Positions 11,461 through 23,394 of a stretch of 64,000 bases of DNA are shown one piece after another. The translations under genes were made by a program, and so were the position numbers. Origin of the DNA: Tubiluchus corallicola (taxonomy: Eukaryota > Animalia > Priapulida); the NCBI GenBank assembly GCA_030141605.1, contig JAQGDQ010000021.1, positions 62,001-126,000 of the forward strand. The letters are read 5' to 3'. Positions within the stretch are counted from its first letter, which is position 1, and each line of letters begins with the position of its first letter. The notes under the pieces are model-generated. The model saw only the letters and a list, made by a program, of their open reading frames with translations, was not told the origin of the DNA and searched no databases.

Positions 11461-14400
11461 CCGATATTCAAATTTCAATCCGTTAAACTGGTAGAAGGGT
11501 GTTGGTGCTTTTGCGCATAGTGATAGCGCATAGCAAGTGCGTGGCTAGGCAAAAGACAACATTGCCCAATAACCAGTATCTGTTTGACATCATCCCAGAA
11601 AATGGTAATCTTAATTCTCTATACTTACATCTTTCGAGTTTGGCAGCTCCCTCTGGCCTACTATGACTCTGTGTAACAAAATTGCATCAGCCCTTTTTAT
11701 CTCTTTACAAAGAAGTGCATTAATGATCGTTGCTGCGATCAGTTAATATCATTAATGTCATCTCATTTTCGTTAATCTTAATAAATGGCCAAATACTGCC
11801 TGCATTAAATTAACATTATCCACCAATTAGAGTCCTTAATATTAATTAGTAAGTAAGTTAACAATCAATAGGTAATAGTAATTAGAAACAAAAAGGTTCC
11901 AGGTTTATGCACTGCATGGATAATTAGTGATTTTTGTGGCTTAAAGGGTTCTTCACAGACCTATTTAATTTACACGTTGAGGTTGAGGTTGACAGAGCAT
12001 CAATTATAGACAACGAAATAAGCTGGCCCAAATTCACTGTTACACGATCCACTTGAATTCTGCTTTTCTAAGCTTTTCTTGCTTTATGATGATAACCATA
12101 ACCAGCTGTCAATCACATTTTCTGGTTGCACCGTTGTCACGTAAATATAATAACTATTTAAGTGGATGACTTTGATCTCATACCTGTGACATGTTGTATA
12201 TCTTCTTTCTAAAGCCATCATATAGGGAAAGTGTAAAGTAAAGCAAAGTAAGAATGATAATTGATACTCATTTGCCAGTTTCCATGACTTTCACTGCGAT
12301 CGTGTTTGTCACACAAGAGCTACGTTAATGCATTTTCATGCAGGCGACAAAACCCGTTTTAAAAAAAGATCACACATTTTTCATTATAAAAGCAATCGTG
12401 CCAAATAAACTAAGTCACACAAAATTCGATCAGAAATTACTCTAATGCTGAAAAGTTGTTTCGAATTTGTCAACGCAAAATTTTAAATAACGAATAACAA
12501 AAAAATGACAAATAACTCGGCCTCAATGACCTGTATAATTTGCCCACAAAAAATACAGGCCCTAACACAACGTTGATGTAAAAAACTGTTCCGTATTACT
12601 CGTTGTCTTATACACCACCTAGGCCTAGCAAACGGTTTTGTTATAGCCTGTGTGTCGTCGCAGAGTCTTATCAACATAAGTCGTTTAATTTGAATTACCT
12701 ATGCCGAAGTTATTTCATCTTAGGTTCATCTCGCTAACATTAAAGACATTAAGTACAACAATACGAAATCAGGTTAACGACTCAACACTGCTATCGCAGT
12801 GCATCATACCATCATACGCCAAGAATGTACCTAGTACATTTCAAACATGTTTTCCTATTTCTTACGTTTCTTATGCTTGAAGTGACTCACTTTTAGTTTT
12901 TTCTGTATATATATTTAACCTAGCCAGAATTGGGCCTATCTCCATTTGAATAACAACTAATTGCAGTAACTTCAACTTTACAAGGTGCCCTTGAGAAGTT
13001 AACTAAAAATAAATGTATTTTTTCTAAGTAAAACAATAATCCTGTAATTTATCAGATGTCTATTATAAACTCCTCATACATTTGAGGGAAACTAGAAAGC
13101 ATTGCAGGAATGGTAACCCAAGGCTAGAACGACATATAATACAAGAAGCTACCAAGGAGCATTGAGTGCAAGATTTTGCTTTGAAGTCTAACGGCTCTAG
13201 TCTATTCATAGAGTGAGTTCTTATGAGCTGGAATTTGAAAAATTTGAATCACTTGAATAAGACAGCAAGACCAATAATACTTTGCACTCTAGAAACAGGG
13301 CCGGATTTAGACGAAGAGACCATAGGCTGTTACCCTTGTGAGGCCCATCCCAGTCCACCATCCTCAATCACGTCTATGGAAGATGGATGAATTCTACAAT
13401 TCACAGTTCCTCCTAGGATATAAGATGGTATTGTTAAATACCCTAGTTAATAAAAAATGCATAAATGTTAAGAACGCGTCCGCGAGAAGACCATGCAAAA
13501 TCGAAAAATTCCGGCACAAGGCTAGGTAACCGATTCGGACCAAAGTTCGGGTATGAAGTCCACTAGTCACTAGCATTCACTATGTGAATCCGTTTGGTTC
13601 AACTCCTCATAGTAGCAGAGGTACGGCATAGGCTGATTTTCATGAAAAAATATATATTTTCTCTCTATTTTTTACTCATATTTGAAGGATTAGCCATGCA
13701 GCAACCACTGAGTTTGAATAGATCTGACCCTGCACAGTATTGGATCTTGTTATCTTCTCCAAAATGACTTTTTGACTTTTGTCCCAAACCCCCCTCTTTC
13801 GGCTCTACTGGGGGTCTTTAAGCTCGCAGTACGCACAAGATGCAAATACTCAGTCATTTCAAAGTCTTATATCTCACCCACTGCGGGGGCGGGGACAAAA
13901 ATATCGATATGTATGTGAATAGAGCATCCCATCCCACTATGCTGCAGTGACAATTTCGATGGAGCGAATTTCCACCCTATTGTAAAAGACCCCTGAAAGA
14001 GGCCTATATCAGGGTGAAAATATAGCTAACAACGTTCATCAAAAAGCTTCGTGTAGGTAACCATGAGTTGTCAAATCTTGTCAAAATACTTCAAAACGTC
14101 ACAAATATTCATCTTTGGCAACTAGGGGCCTGGCCAGCACATTGGTTAAACTACCGACAGGATTGGACTCCAGCATTCAAGATGGCGGCCACTGCTGAAC
14201 TAAAATGTTCGTTTTCTGGGCTGTTTTTACCAGTGTTAAATGCGGCATTGTGACTAGTTATCCGCACGAAACGATTATTGTGAATCTATTAGCCTGTACT
14301 ATAGACACTGGACCGCATTTAGAGCGCTTCCATCTTCAAACAAATGAAATATCTACGGAATGGAAATTGCTTCTTGCAAGGACTGGAAAATGTTTTATGT

Positions 14401-15000
14401 ATTGTTTATTTTGTATGCTTTGTAAATGTTATGCACAGGTTATTACCTAGTTATTATTCATTGTCTTACATAGGCGTACAAGCCAGGACACAAAGAAAAT
14501 TGCCCTAAATCTGAGCGAATGCCCAAAAATATGGGACAGACTTCCCCCAAAATATAATTTGTCCGGTGATTTTTTGACTGTAAAACATCGAAAATTTTTG
14601 TGCCATTGGCGCAATCATTCAATCACACTATTTGTATTTTTTGTCAGAAGTATCGATTTTGTGCCACAAAAAAATTTGGGCGAAGAACAATTTTCTGAGC
14701 TAACTATCACCGCCATCCCCCTAGAAGCGGCCCATATGCTTATATTGTCTCATGTTTAGACTGTAAGATTTTCGCTTTATCACTTTCCCCATATATATTT
14801 GTCTATATTTCTGTATCTATCTTCTAGTGATAATCTACCTGCATCGATAATTCTTTCTCTATTATTTAGATATTATGGTTTTGATTACATGTACTACTCT
14901 TCAGTGATAGGTTTATGCTGCTACAATAGGAACCGTATTTTGGACTTAGAGAAATTAATTCTGACTGAGTTTTGTAGTTTTTCATTTTTGTACTGATATT

Positions 15001-15529
<529 letters not shown>

Positions 15530-17839
15530 CTGATATTCATAATCTTCTATGTATAGTCATGAAGCTTATTCATATAAAAAGTATAAAAATTAATGGATTT
15601 CTATTTTATATGTATATACCGAATGTTGTCAGATTATTTCGCTAGCAATGACTGTCAGTCTTAACAATCGGTACTTTTTTTCTAATAGAGGGCTTATTGT
15701 TTAGTCTTTCCTGGTAACAATTAGCGATTCAGTGTGTAGAGAATGCCTTGAATCAGGGTCGGACTCGGTACCTGGGGCATGCATATGTCCTGTCCTGAAA
15801 TCCATCAGAAGAGGCAATTATTCATATTTGTAGTCATATGATAATTCCGACATAACTAAACCAATTTAAGATGAAATTCGCATATTTCTAGCAATTTCCA
15901 TGGCAAAGGAATCTATTGCTACTAGGAAATGAGAGCACTAGTCACAGAAAATGCAGGTTAAACGTGGATATATGTTTACTGTCATTTACGACCTGAGCCA
16001 AGTATGTCGACTTTTTCACATGGACGGAATTACTATGGAAAGTAAAAAAGGGTGTTGATATGGCAATTTTTTCTAACAGTGCCCCCTTTATATAATGTCA
16101 TTCATGATATTATCTCGGCTCGTGCGTTTTTATGAAATTTAGAATACAGATTTGTCACTTTTAGTCCAGCATATAGATAGAAAAAGTATTGAAAAACTAC
16201 AAAAAAGGCGAATTTTGCTGATTTTTGTGAAATTTTAAAGTGCCACTAGTAAATACTGAAACAGGCTCCAGCGAATTTTCTTTTTTATATTATTAGTGAG
16301 GATGATGGTTAACATATACATGAAAACCAGAAGTTGTGTAGCCCCGCAGTGGGCGAGTTATGAGCCTTACAACTTAACCTCTCCTTGGACTCTTAACAAA
16401 GAGCCGAATTTAAAAAATCCCGTTCTCTGATACTATTAATAGTATGTCAGAAAAAGTTAGGATATCAGAAGACAATGTCTGGGTCTATGTACCAGCCAAC
16501 TTACATCGACCCATCTATAATAGTTTATACAGGAGAAAAAGTTAAAATAACCCCACAAAATAGCGATTTTTTGCCTCTTTTCAGGTCAATTTCTTGATGT
16601 GGTCATTTCTCTGCCAATAGTAGCTCGATCGATTTGATATCTTGGTTACATGGTTTTGGGGGGTCGCCCTTCATGTTAGAAAAAAATGATAGAAATTTGT
16701 CACCCCTCATGTGCCACCCCCTGCATGGTGCTCTCGCGGACTCGTTCTTAATGTTAAAATAAATATTGAGAGACTTGCAAAAATCGAGCTTTGTGTACAT
16801 TTCACAGAATAAGCAAAAATTTTCAGAAAAATTAACCTGTTAGTTCACTGTTATAATCTAAAAATCTTTGAGCTTACAATTTTTGTTGTCTGCAGAAGTA
16901 TTAAATAAGATGGTCACAGTATGACAATTTTTTATCCCATTTTATATTGTCAATACATACAGCACATTGAGCTCAAGGAAAGTTAAAAATTTCTCACATT
17001 GGTAAACAATCTTCAGATCATATCATACATCCAGCTAATAATTAAAGTCTGCTGATTAGTTTGTTGCATGTTAGAGTGGAAGCTATCCTCAAGTTGAAAT
17101 ATACAGCTTTCTTTTCGTTAATACAATTAATCGTCAACAATTACTAGAAATCAATAATTTAGCGAACATCTACGAGGATATTCTACAAAGAAATCTAAAG
17201 ACTGAAGGCCTGTTTAGAGAATAGAACACACTATGACAATGTAAGTATAAAAAACTTGAGACTGTAACAAGAATATTATACTATATAGTATACATCATTG
17301 TCCGAGGCCACATAGATTTGAGGCCATAGTTTTCAGTCTGTCTAGTCTATAGGTAAATCTGGCCCTGCCTGGAAGAGTAGTCTGCATAATCTTTGTTTCT
17401 CACAAAAAGAAAACCAATCTCTCAACCAGCTCTTTAACTTTTCAACCAAGTGATGCCTTCAGAATAAACCAATGGCAATCCAGGCTGTTTAAGAAAAAAT
17501 GAGACTAGTTATCAAAATTCAGAGTCAGGCTGAAAGTCCGACTGGAAGATTAGCGGCAACCAGAAGTTCCTCTCTCTCTCTCTCTCTTGATGCAACTGAC
17601 CTAGCTGATAGAAAAAAGGATAAAAGGAAAACGACTGACAAAAATGCTAAATCATTAATAACACAAGAATTCTGGTAAATGGATGCAATAGACTACAGCT
17701 AAGCTATTCCCAAATACTTTAAATTCTTTCAAATTAAAATGCTTGGATTTTTCGTCTGAGAAAAAAAGCTGCTAAATATTTGGGTATACACAGCAGAATG
17801 TATTATAAAAATGTTAGGAATAAGTGCATTTTATCATAC

Positions 17840-17900
17840 CTTGAATATCAATATCTTCCTCCTGTCCAGGTTTGTCCATCAAATACAAACACCACGACAT
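17840..17900 (-). CDS. Candidate alternative PKA-C first exon (MSWCLYL)MDKPGQEEDIDIQ
   Basis: In-frame ATGs at 17900 and 17879, strong phase-1 donor AAG|GTATGA. Confidence 0.45.
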
Positions 17901-19194
17901 CAACTTTGGAGGAGGGGATAAGTATCGTAAAACATGAAAGTCTTCTAACCGCTTTGACAATTAGTTCTCCATAATGAATATTGTCTATGGATTACCAGAC
18001 ACATACATATGGTCAACATTTGCACACACCGTCAGTACAAGATGGACTATTCTTTATCCAGATGATAAGAGATCAGATCAGTTCAAAGTCCCATGGTCAA
18101 CCTAAAAGCCTTTACTAAGCTAAGAAGTAAAAACCGTCAAAGACAGAGGTCGCAGAGGGCTTTAAATAGAATAACATTATGAGAAAGATATCACTTGTAG
18201 CACCCACTGATGAACTAATTTCATTTCCTAGATGTGCTAAATGTCATTAAAAATGATTTATGTCATCAAAACCTTTAAAATTGTTTAAAAACACTAATCA
18301 TTAAAAACGTTGTGCACGAATGCTGCAGCACGACCCAAGCAGTTTTTGGCTGTGAAAAAATCGAGAATCTGGTTGAGATAATTAACACACTTCGTGACAG
18401 ACACGGCCTGAAAACGAAAATGCCAAGGAGATGTTCTAGATTGAGGTGTTACAGTCTGAAATGTTATTCTGCTTTCAAGATGAACAAATAAATTAATGTT
18501 TTGCAAAATTTTAATTGAGTTTTTGACAATCTTTCTCTGACTTAAGTTGTGCACTGTGCAAAGTGGTCTGTCTCAAGTAACTATTTTCAATTTTGATTAC
18601 CATGTATTTACAAATGAGGGTTTTTGTTAATATGAGGCAGAATTCATGGAAATTAATCTGCAAGCACTTGAGCATTGAGGAGCTGCATGTTTGCCGATAG
18701 TGTAATGTAATGTTACTGATAATGTAAGAGTAACTAACAATATAAAATTGAGAATATTAAAATTTTTATTTTGAAGTTGCAAACTTGTAATTAAACATAT
18801 GGAAAATATAACTGCTAGGTCATCATATCCTCAATTGATCAAAGCAGTCCAAAGTTCATTCCCTATAGTTAGCCAAACAAATTCATCATTTCCAATATTA
18901 GACTGCTCACACTTCAGTGATTAACTCAGATTATTTTTTACGTTTTTGCTTAATTTAGAGCCTGAAATTTCAGAAGACAATAATTAGTTATTATAATGTT
19001 GTCGTCAAGATTACTGTTAATGATGACCGGCACAAACCCATTGGTTTTGCAGTTTTTATTAGCCATATATTGAGGAATATCATCTTATGTTTAATGAGGA
19101 TCTGTGAATTGTGGAATTGTAAGCACCAGTGATCATCCTTTGCTTCACTGAATTTTGATTTAAAAGACCTTCCATCGTTCTCTAGTCATAATCG

Positions 19195-19260
19195 AGAGTG
19201 GCAAATTGGGAAAGACCTCAAAAGTGGAGTAGCCCAAGGACCTCTTTTTGTCTAAATCCG
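19195..19260 (+). mobile_element. Decayed LINE reverse-transcriptase fragment
   Basis: Translates KSGVAQGPLFV*, resembling the RT motif SGVPQGSVLGPLLF. Confidence 0.4.
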
Positions 19261-19935
19261 GTCCTAAACAGTGTTTTCCAACTTTGATACAAGCTTTATT
19301 CAGTCGTTACAACCTAGTCAGTTGGGTTTGATGATTTTGATCAAGACAATATTTTTGCTTTTCTGCAGAGAAATTTGGAAACATATTCGTCAGGAGCTAC
19401 TGGTGTTCTGCTCTTTGTTAAGTATTTGGGACTGTAGAATAGTGTACAACCAGAAATGAATGATTATTAATCTGATTAGTGTAGCTCTTAGCTATTGTTC
19501 TGCCTCTGTGAAAACATACATGTATGGCACTGTTTTACAAAGTACAGAAAATGGTATCACAGTCCTTTTCATTTGTGTGAAAGCATGTAAAACAATCTAT
19601 CACTCTGTTTCATTTGTAACATATAGGATAATTTGTTATGTACTAACTTAGAAGACGATCTTTACGAAAGCATGCAAAACAATGCATTACGTTTTTGTTG
19701 ATATATGTTAAAAGTAAGTGAAACAATCCACTTCATCCTAGAGATCTGCAGTAGTTTGTTTGTATGCAGGTGCATTCCTGAAGCACATTCTTGTAACTTG
19801 ACTGGGATTAATACTATAACTCCCATGTGATTTTAGTGTAATCCATGCGGAAGCAAAAAAATCGGGATTTATTTATAAATGCATGCTAGTCAAGCACGTG
19901 CTAATCAAACCTATTAGTGATGACTCACTACTCAC

Positions 19936-20173
19936 TTATAGGAGGCGGTTCGCTGGATATATATAGCTTAAAGCTGTAAGTGTCGTCCTCCTCGCTATTT
20001 TCCTCTTCTTCATACTCCGAGGAATCCTCTTCATAATCTTCATCATCATCATCCTCTTCTTCTTCGGAACTAGGTTCCCGTTGCTTTGTCGTCTTGGACT
20101 TTGCAGCTGGAATCGTGATATTGACCGTAAACTCATCATCGTCATCATCCTCATATTCGGAGCTGGACGACAT
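19936..20173 (-). CDS. Candidate alternative first coding exon of PKA-C, 79-aa hyper-acidic N-terminus (MSSSSEYEDDDDDEF...YISSEPPPI)
   Basis: ATG at 20173, 238 nt (79 codons + 1), consensus donor A|GTGAGT in phase 1, which joins exon 2 in frame. Varied synonymous codons, so not a simple microsatellite. Confidence 0.75.
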
Positions 20174-21487
20174 GACAATTCCTTGCGTGATACAAACCAG
20201 ATAAATGCAGATGTGTCTGCCTGCCGAAATGTTTGACAACTGCCTTGTAAATACACAAGTTGGCAACCTTGCCACGGAAAAAGAAAAAGAACGTCAAACT
20301 GGCTGTTTATACACAATTCAGCAGACACAAATAGCAAGGAAACACAGCTGCTTAATGATTAGATATTATAGTTCTGCGGCTGCAATTGATGATCCAGTCC
20401 TGAGCCTATTATGCAGAGATTTACCAGCACACAAATTGAAATCAAGGCTGAAAGACCAGATCAGACTGGGATAAGAACTGTTCAATTTACACTGGAAGAA
20501 GCCAGCGGGCACAGGAAGCCGTATTTACACATCCCACAGATGAATGTGCCAAATAAATCAGGGAGCCACACAGAACTTGGTGTAGCTTACCAGCGCGCGA
20601 CTTGAGGGCAAACCTCCAGTGACAAGCAAAGTCAACAAGCGATGGTGGTGCTCAGGACAGCCGCAACGATGTGCTGGCCACGTGCACAAATAATGTTCAC
20701 ACAAGATACCCCGCCAGCTGCCAGCCAAAATATAAGTAAGAGAAAAACTCCGGGAAAACTCCTGGTTGCAGTTGCTGCTGCTGTTGTTTCAACACGTTTT
20801 TACTGCACTTTCAGCAAACGATTTAGTTCACAGAAAACTTTTTACGCCCCGTCACCTGTTTTCAAAGTTATACGGCATACTAACTGGAGTTGTTCAAGTA
20901 CTTGCTACTGCAGTGAATATAATCCTTAAACATGCACAGAACTCGACTGCAATTTGTAGGCAACGCTTTGCGTCCAGGCTCCAGCGGTTCAAAAACTGTG
21001 TCAAATTTAACAGTTTCAACAATTCAAAAACGAACGTACAGCAAAGTCAATAGGTTCAATAAATGTAAGGGCCATTTGAATAGTCGAGACAAAATTTCCA
21101 GAATAGATCCAAAACAATAGTTCAGCTAAGCATACTGCATAGCAACCAATTCCTCTTGTGGAAATGCCTTTTCAGGAGATCCAGTTGACCTGGCCAGTAA
21201 AGACAGTCTGTTACAGTAACGGTAACTATTCCCTATTTGACTACACCTAGTGCTCTTTCGGAAGACAGATTTCAGAGCTTTGGAACTCTGGACTTAATCA
21301 TCCGGACCCTTTAACACGAGCATTGGTCTCGCGGAAGCTTCTCTGAATAATCAGTTTCTTCAGTGAAAATTTTCTCCAAGATTCCAATTTCTCTTGAAAA
21401 ACCGTCCTAAGTTAGTACTTTTCGTAGAACTGTAGCAAACTTGTTTATTTTTTAGCCTTATCCGTTGAAAACTCAGTGATTCCATAC

Positions 21488-21514
21488 CTTTACAGCTAGC
21501 ACGCAAGTTCTCCA
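21488..21514 (-). CDS. Candidate 27-nt phase 1-1 microexon (V)ENLRASCK, or the end of a 5'-UTR exon
   Basis: Long pyrimidine tract CCGTTTCCCGTTTTTGTTTGCAG, AAG|GTATGG donor, open in the PKA frame. Confidence 0.4.
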
Positions 21515-21768
21515 CTGCAAACAAAAACGGGAAACGGACAGCAAGAACTTTAGCAGCCACTGATCAACAGATGCGGGACACATTGAACGCGTTGAAATTT
21601 AATTTTCTCTCACTGTACTCCTCACAGCTGCTGGGTGGGTCATTCTAAACTTCTACAATTTCACAAACTTGAAACCGCCCGATTTCGATTCGCAGGCAAC
21701 TAAAGAGCCACACTTCCAGCTCTGCATGCAACGCTGCACGCCACAGACTAGGCTGCAATGCCGTCTCC

Positions 21769-21778
21769 TTATTTATAG
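21769..21778 (-). promoter_or_regulatory. TATA box / MEF2-like site (CTATAAATAA), putative internal promoter upstream of the acidic exon
   Basis: TATAAA on the minus strand at the edge of a GC-richer island (about 20.0-21.8 kb) containing several CAGCTG E-boxes. Confidence 0.5.
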
Positions 21779-23336
21779 CAAAGAAAACATCAAGTTAGTT
21801 TAGATTAAACTTTTTAATGCAAACAAATATAATGAAAGCGCAGATTTAAGTGCAATTATTTCACGGCAGATGGTCGGATTGTTTTGCTAAAGAAGAAAAA
21901 TTATTGTTGGATGCGCTTATTGCCAGCCAGTGCTTACGTAAAGAATCTAATTTAATTCGCTGCTATTGCATAAATAAATGCCTTTTTTGACGCAGAGCAT
22001 GAATGAAGAAAACCATGGCCAGTCATTCTGCAACTAACAAAGGAACTACCATCTTATAAATGACATCCCTGCCTCGTACGCTTATTTACATGAACTCCCC
22101 ATTTATCGGTAACCAGAGCTGTTTCTTCGTGGAATTCGTGGACACCACGTTTTCCTTTGATAATAAAAATTGACAATTTCGAACATATGGAAGACCAACG
22201 GAATAAGGATAGTTGCTCCGTCCTTAAATCTTTCCGTCCTGTAGCGAAACATTCCCACCTGGCTTTTCTTTTGGGACGCTCTATAGAAAAATCAACGACC
22301 ATAGGGTGAAACCTAAATTCAGATAAGAAATCGCGTCCACTCGAAGACCTGATGTGAATTTTCATGGCAGTATTAAACCATAACCTTTGTAACTGCTTTA
22401 CTTTATCATTATTTTGTAGTGATTAATTTTAAGTGACGTACTTTTTAGAAATTGTATTGGAAACTGCTAGCTACAAGACATTATTTGGAAGCGCTAGTCC
22501 CACAGAAGGTTAGAAGCAGTACCAAACGAAACAACATAGCGGTAACTGGCAACAAATGTGCACACACTTTGCTATGGCATGATGTGCAAAGCAATAAAAA
22601 CAAATTACTGTAACCAAGACTGCCAAAGGACAGCATCCTGTCAACTGTTCAAAATGACTGTCAACTGTACAAAAAGTCCTAACATTCTCTGATTCAAAAG
22701 ACTTCGCGTGCAAATTGCCCCGTGAATTTTGGAATTAAGGTTGAAAATTCAATAATTTAAATGGGCAGAATCCAACAATCTTATACAGTTAAAAACAAAA
22801 CCACCAAGTGAAAAGCCATCCTGACGTAATCGTATTGTGTAAATGCATGACTGAAAATTTCTTAAATGCCCGAAGTACCATAAATGCCAGCTTGCACTCT
22901 ATAACTGGTGGTTTGAACTGAAACATGAGTTACGTGACATCCTGGACTACCATAGACGTTAGCACATCATTTCGTAATTGCCACGTAGCCAACAACCAAT
23001 AACCAAAAATCACTCCAGTCTCACATACTTTCCACAAGATCTCGACACCGTGCAGCCAACTTGCTTCGCATTTTCCAGGAGCAAAGCGAGGTTTTAAGAA
23101 GCTGCTACTCCGTGAAACCCAAGAGGCATGGTCGACCATACAGGAAGCACAACTGGCGGCACGGTTAAAGCTTGCAGATTAAGCAAAAGAAAATGTTCCA
23201 AGGTCTTCCTGCCTGGTTCCAGGAGAAAGTTGATGCCGAGGTTAAAGATATACATACACTGGGGTATGGATACAACGCTGTACTTTGTTCTCAACAAGCA
23301 AAGCGCATACTAACTGATCCATAAATATATACATAC

Positions 23337-23394
23337 CACAACACATGAAGAAAAAGCGAAGTTCCACGTAGTAATAGAAGTAGTCCGTGAACAT
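23337..23394 (-). CDS. Candidate alternative PKA-C first exon MFTDYFYYYVELRFFFMCC (or MCC from the second ATG)
   Basis: ATG at 23394, 58 nt, phase-1 donor TG|GTATGT. Confidence 0.4.

Noticed and set aside
11629-11668. Exon-like segment ending in GTAAGT
   Set aside because: The best acceptor gives 40 nt (frameshifting); there is no in-frame ATG, and the frame-preserving acceptor lacks a pyrimidine tract.
12184-12222. ATG...CAG|GTATGA as another PKA-C first exon
   Set aside because: Available ATGs give phase 0 or 2, incompatible with exon 2.
12891-12902. 12-nt phase 1-1 microexon (EKTK) with a GTGAGT donor
   Set aside because: The acceptor is preceded by (TA)n rather than a pyrimidine tract; likely chance.
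22934-22940. ATG TCA C|GTAACT giving an MS- N-terminus like human Cbeta4
   Set aside because: Only 7 nt of evidence and a mediocre donor; indistinguishable from chance without RNA data.
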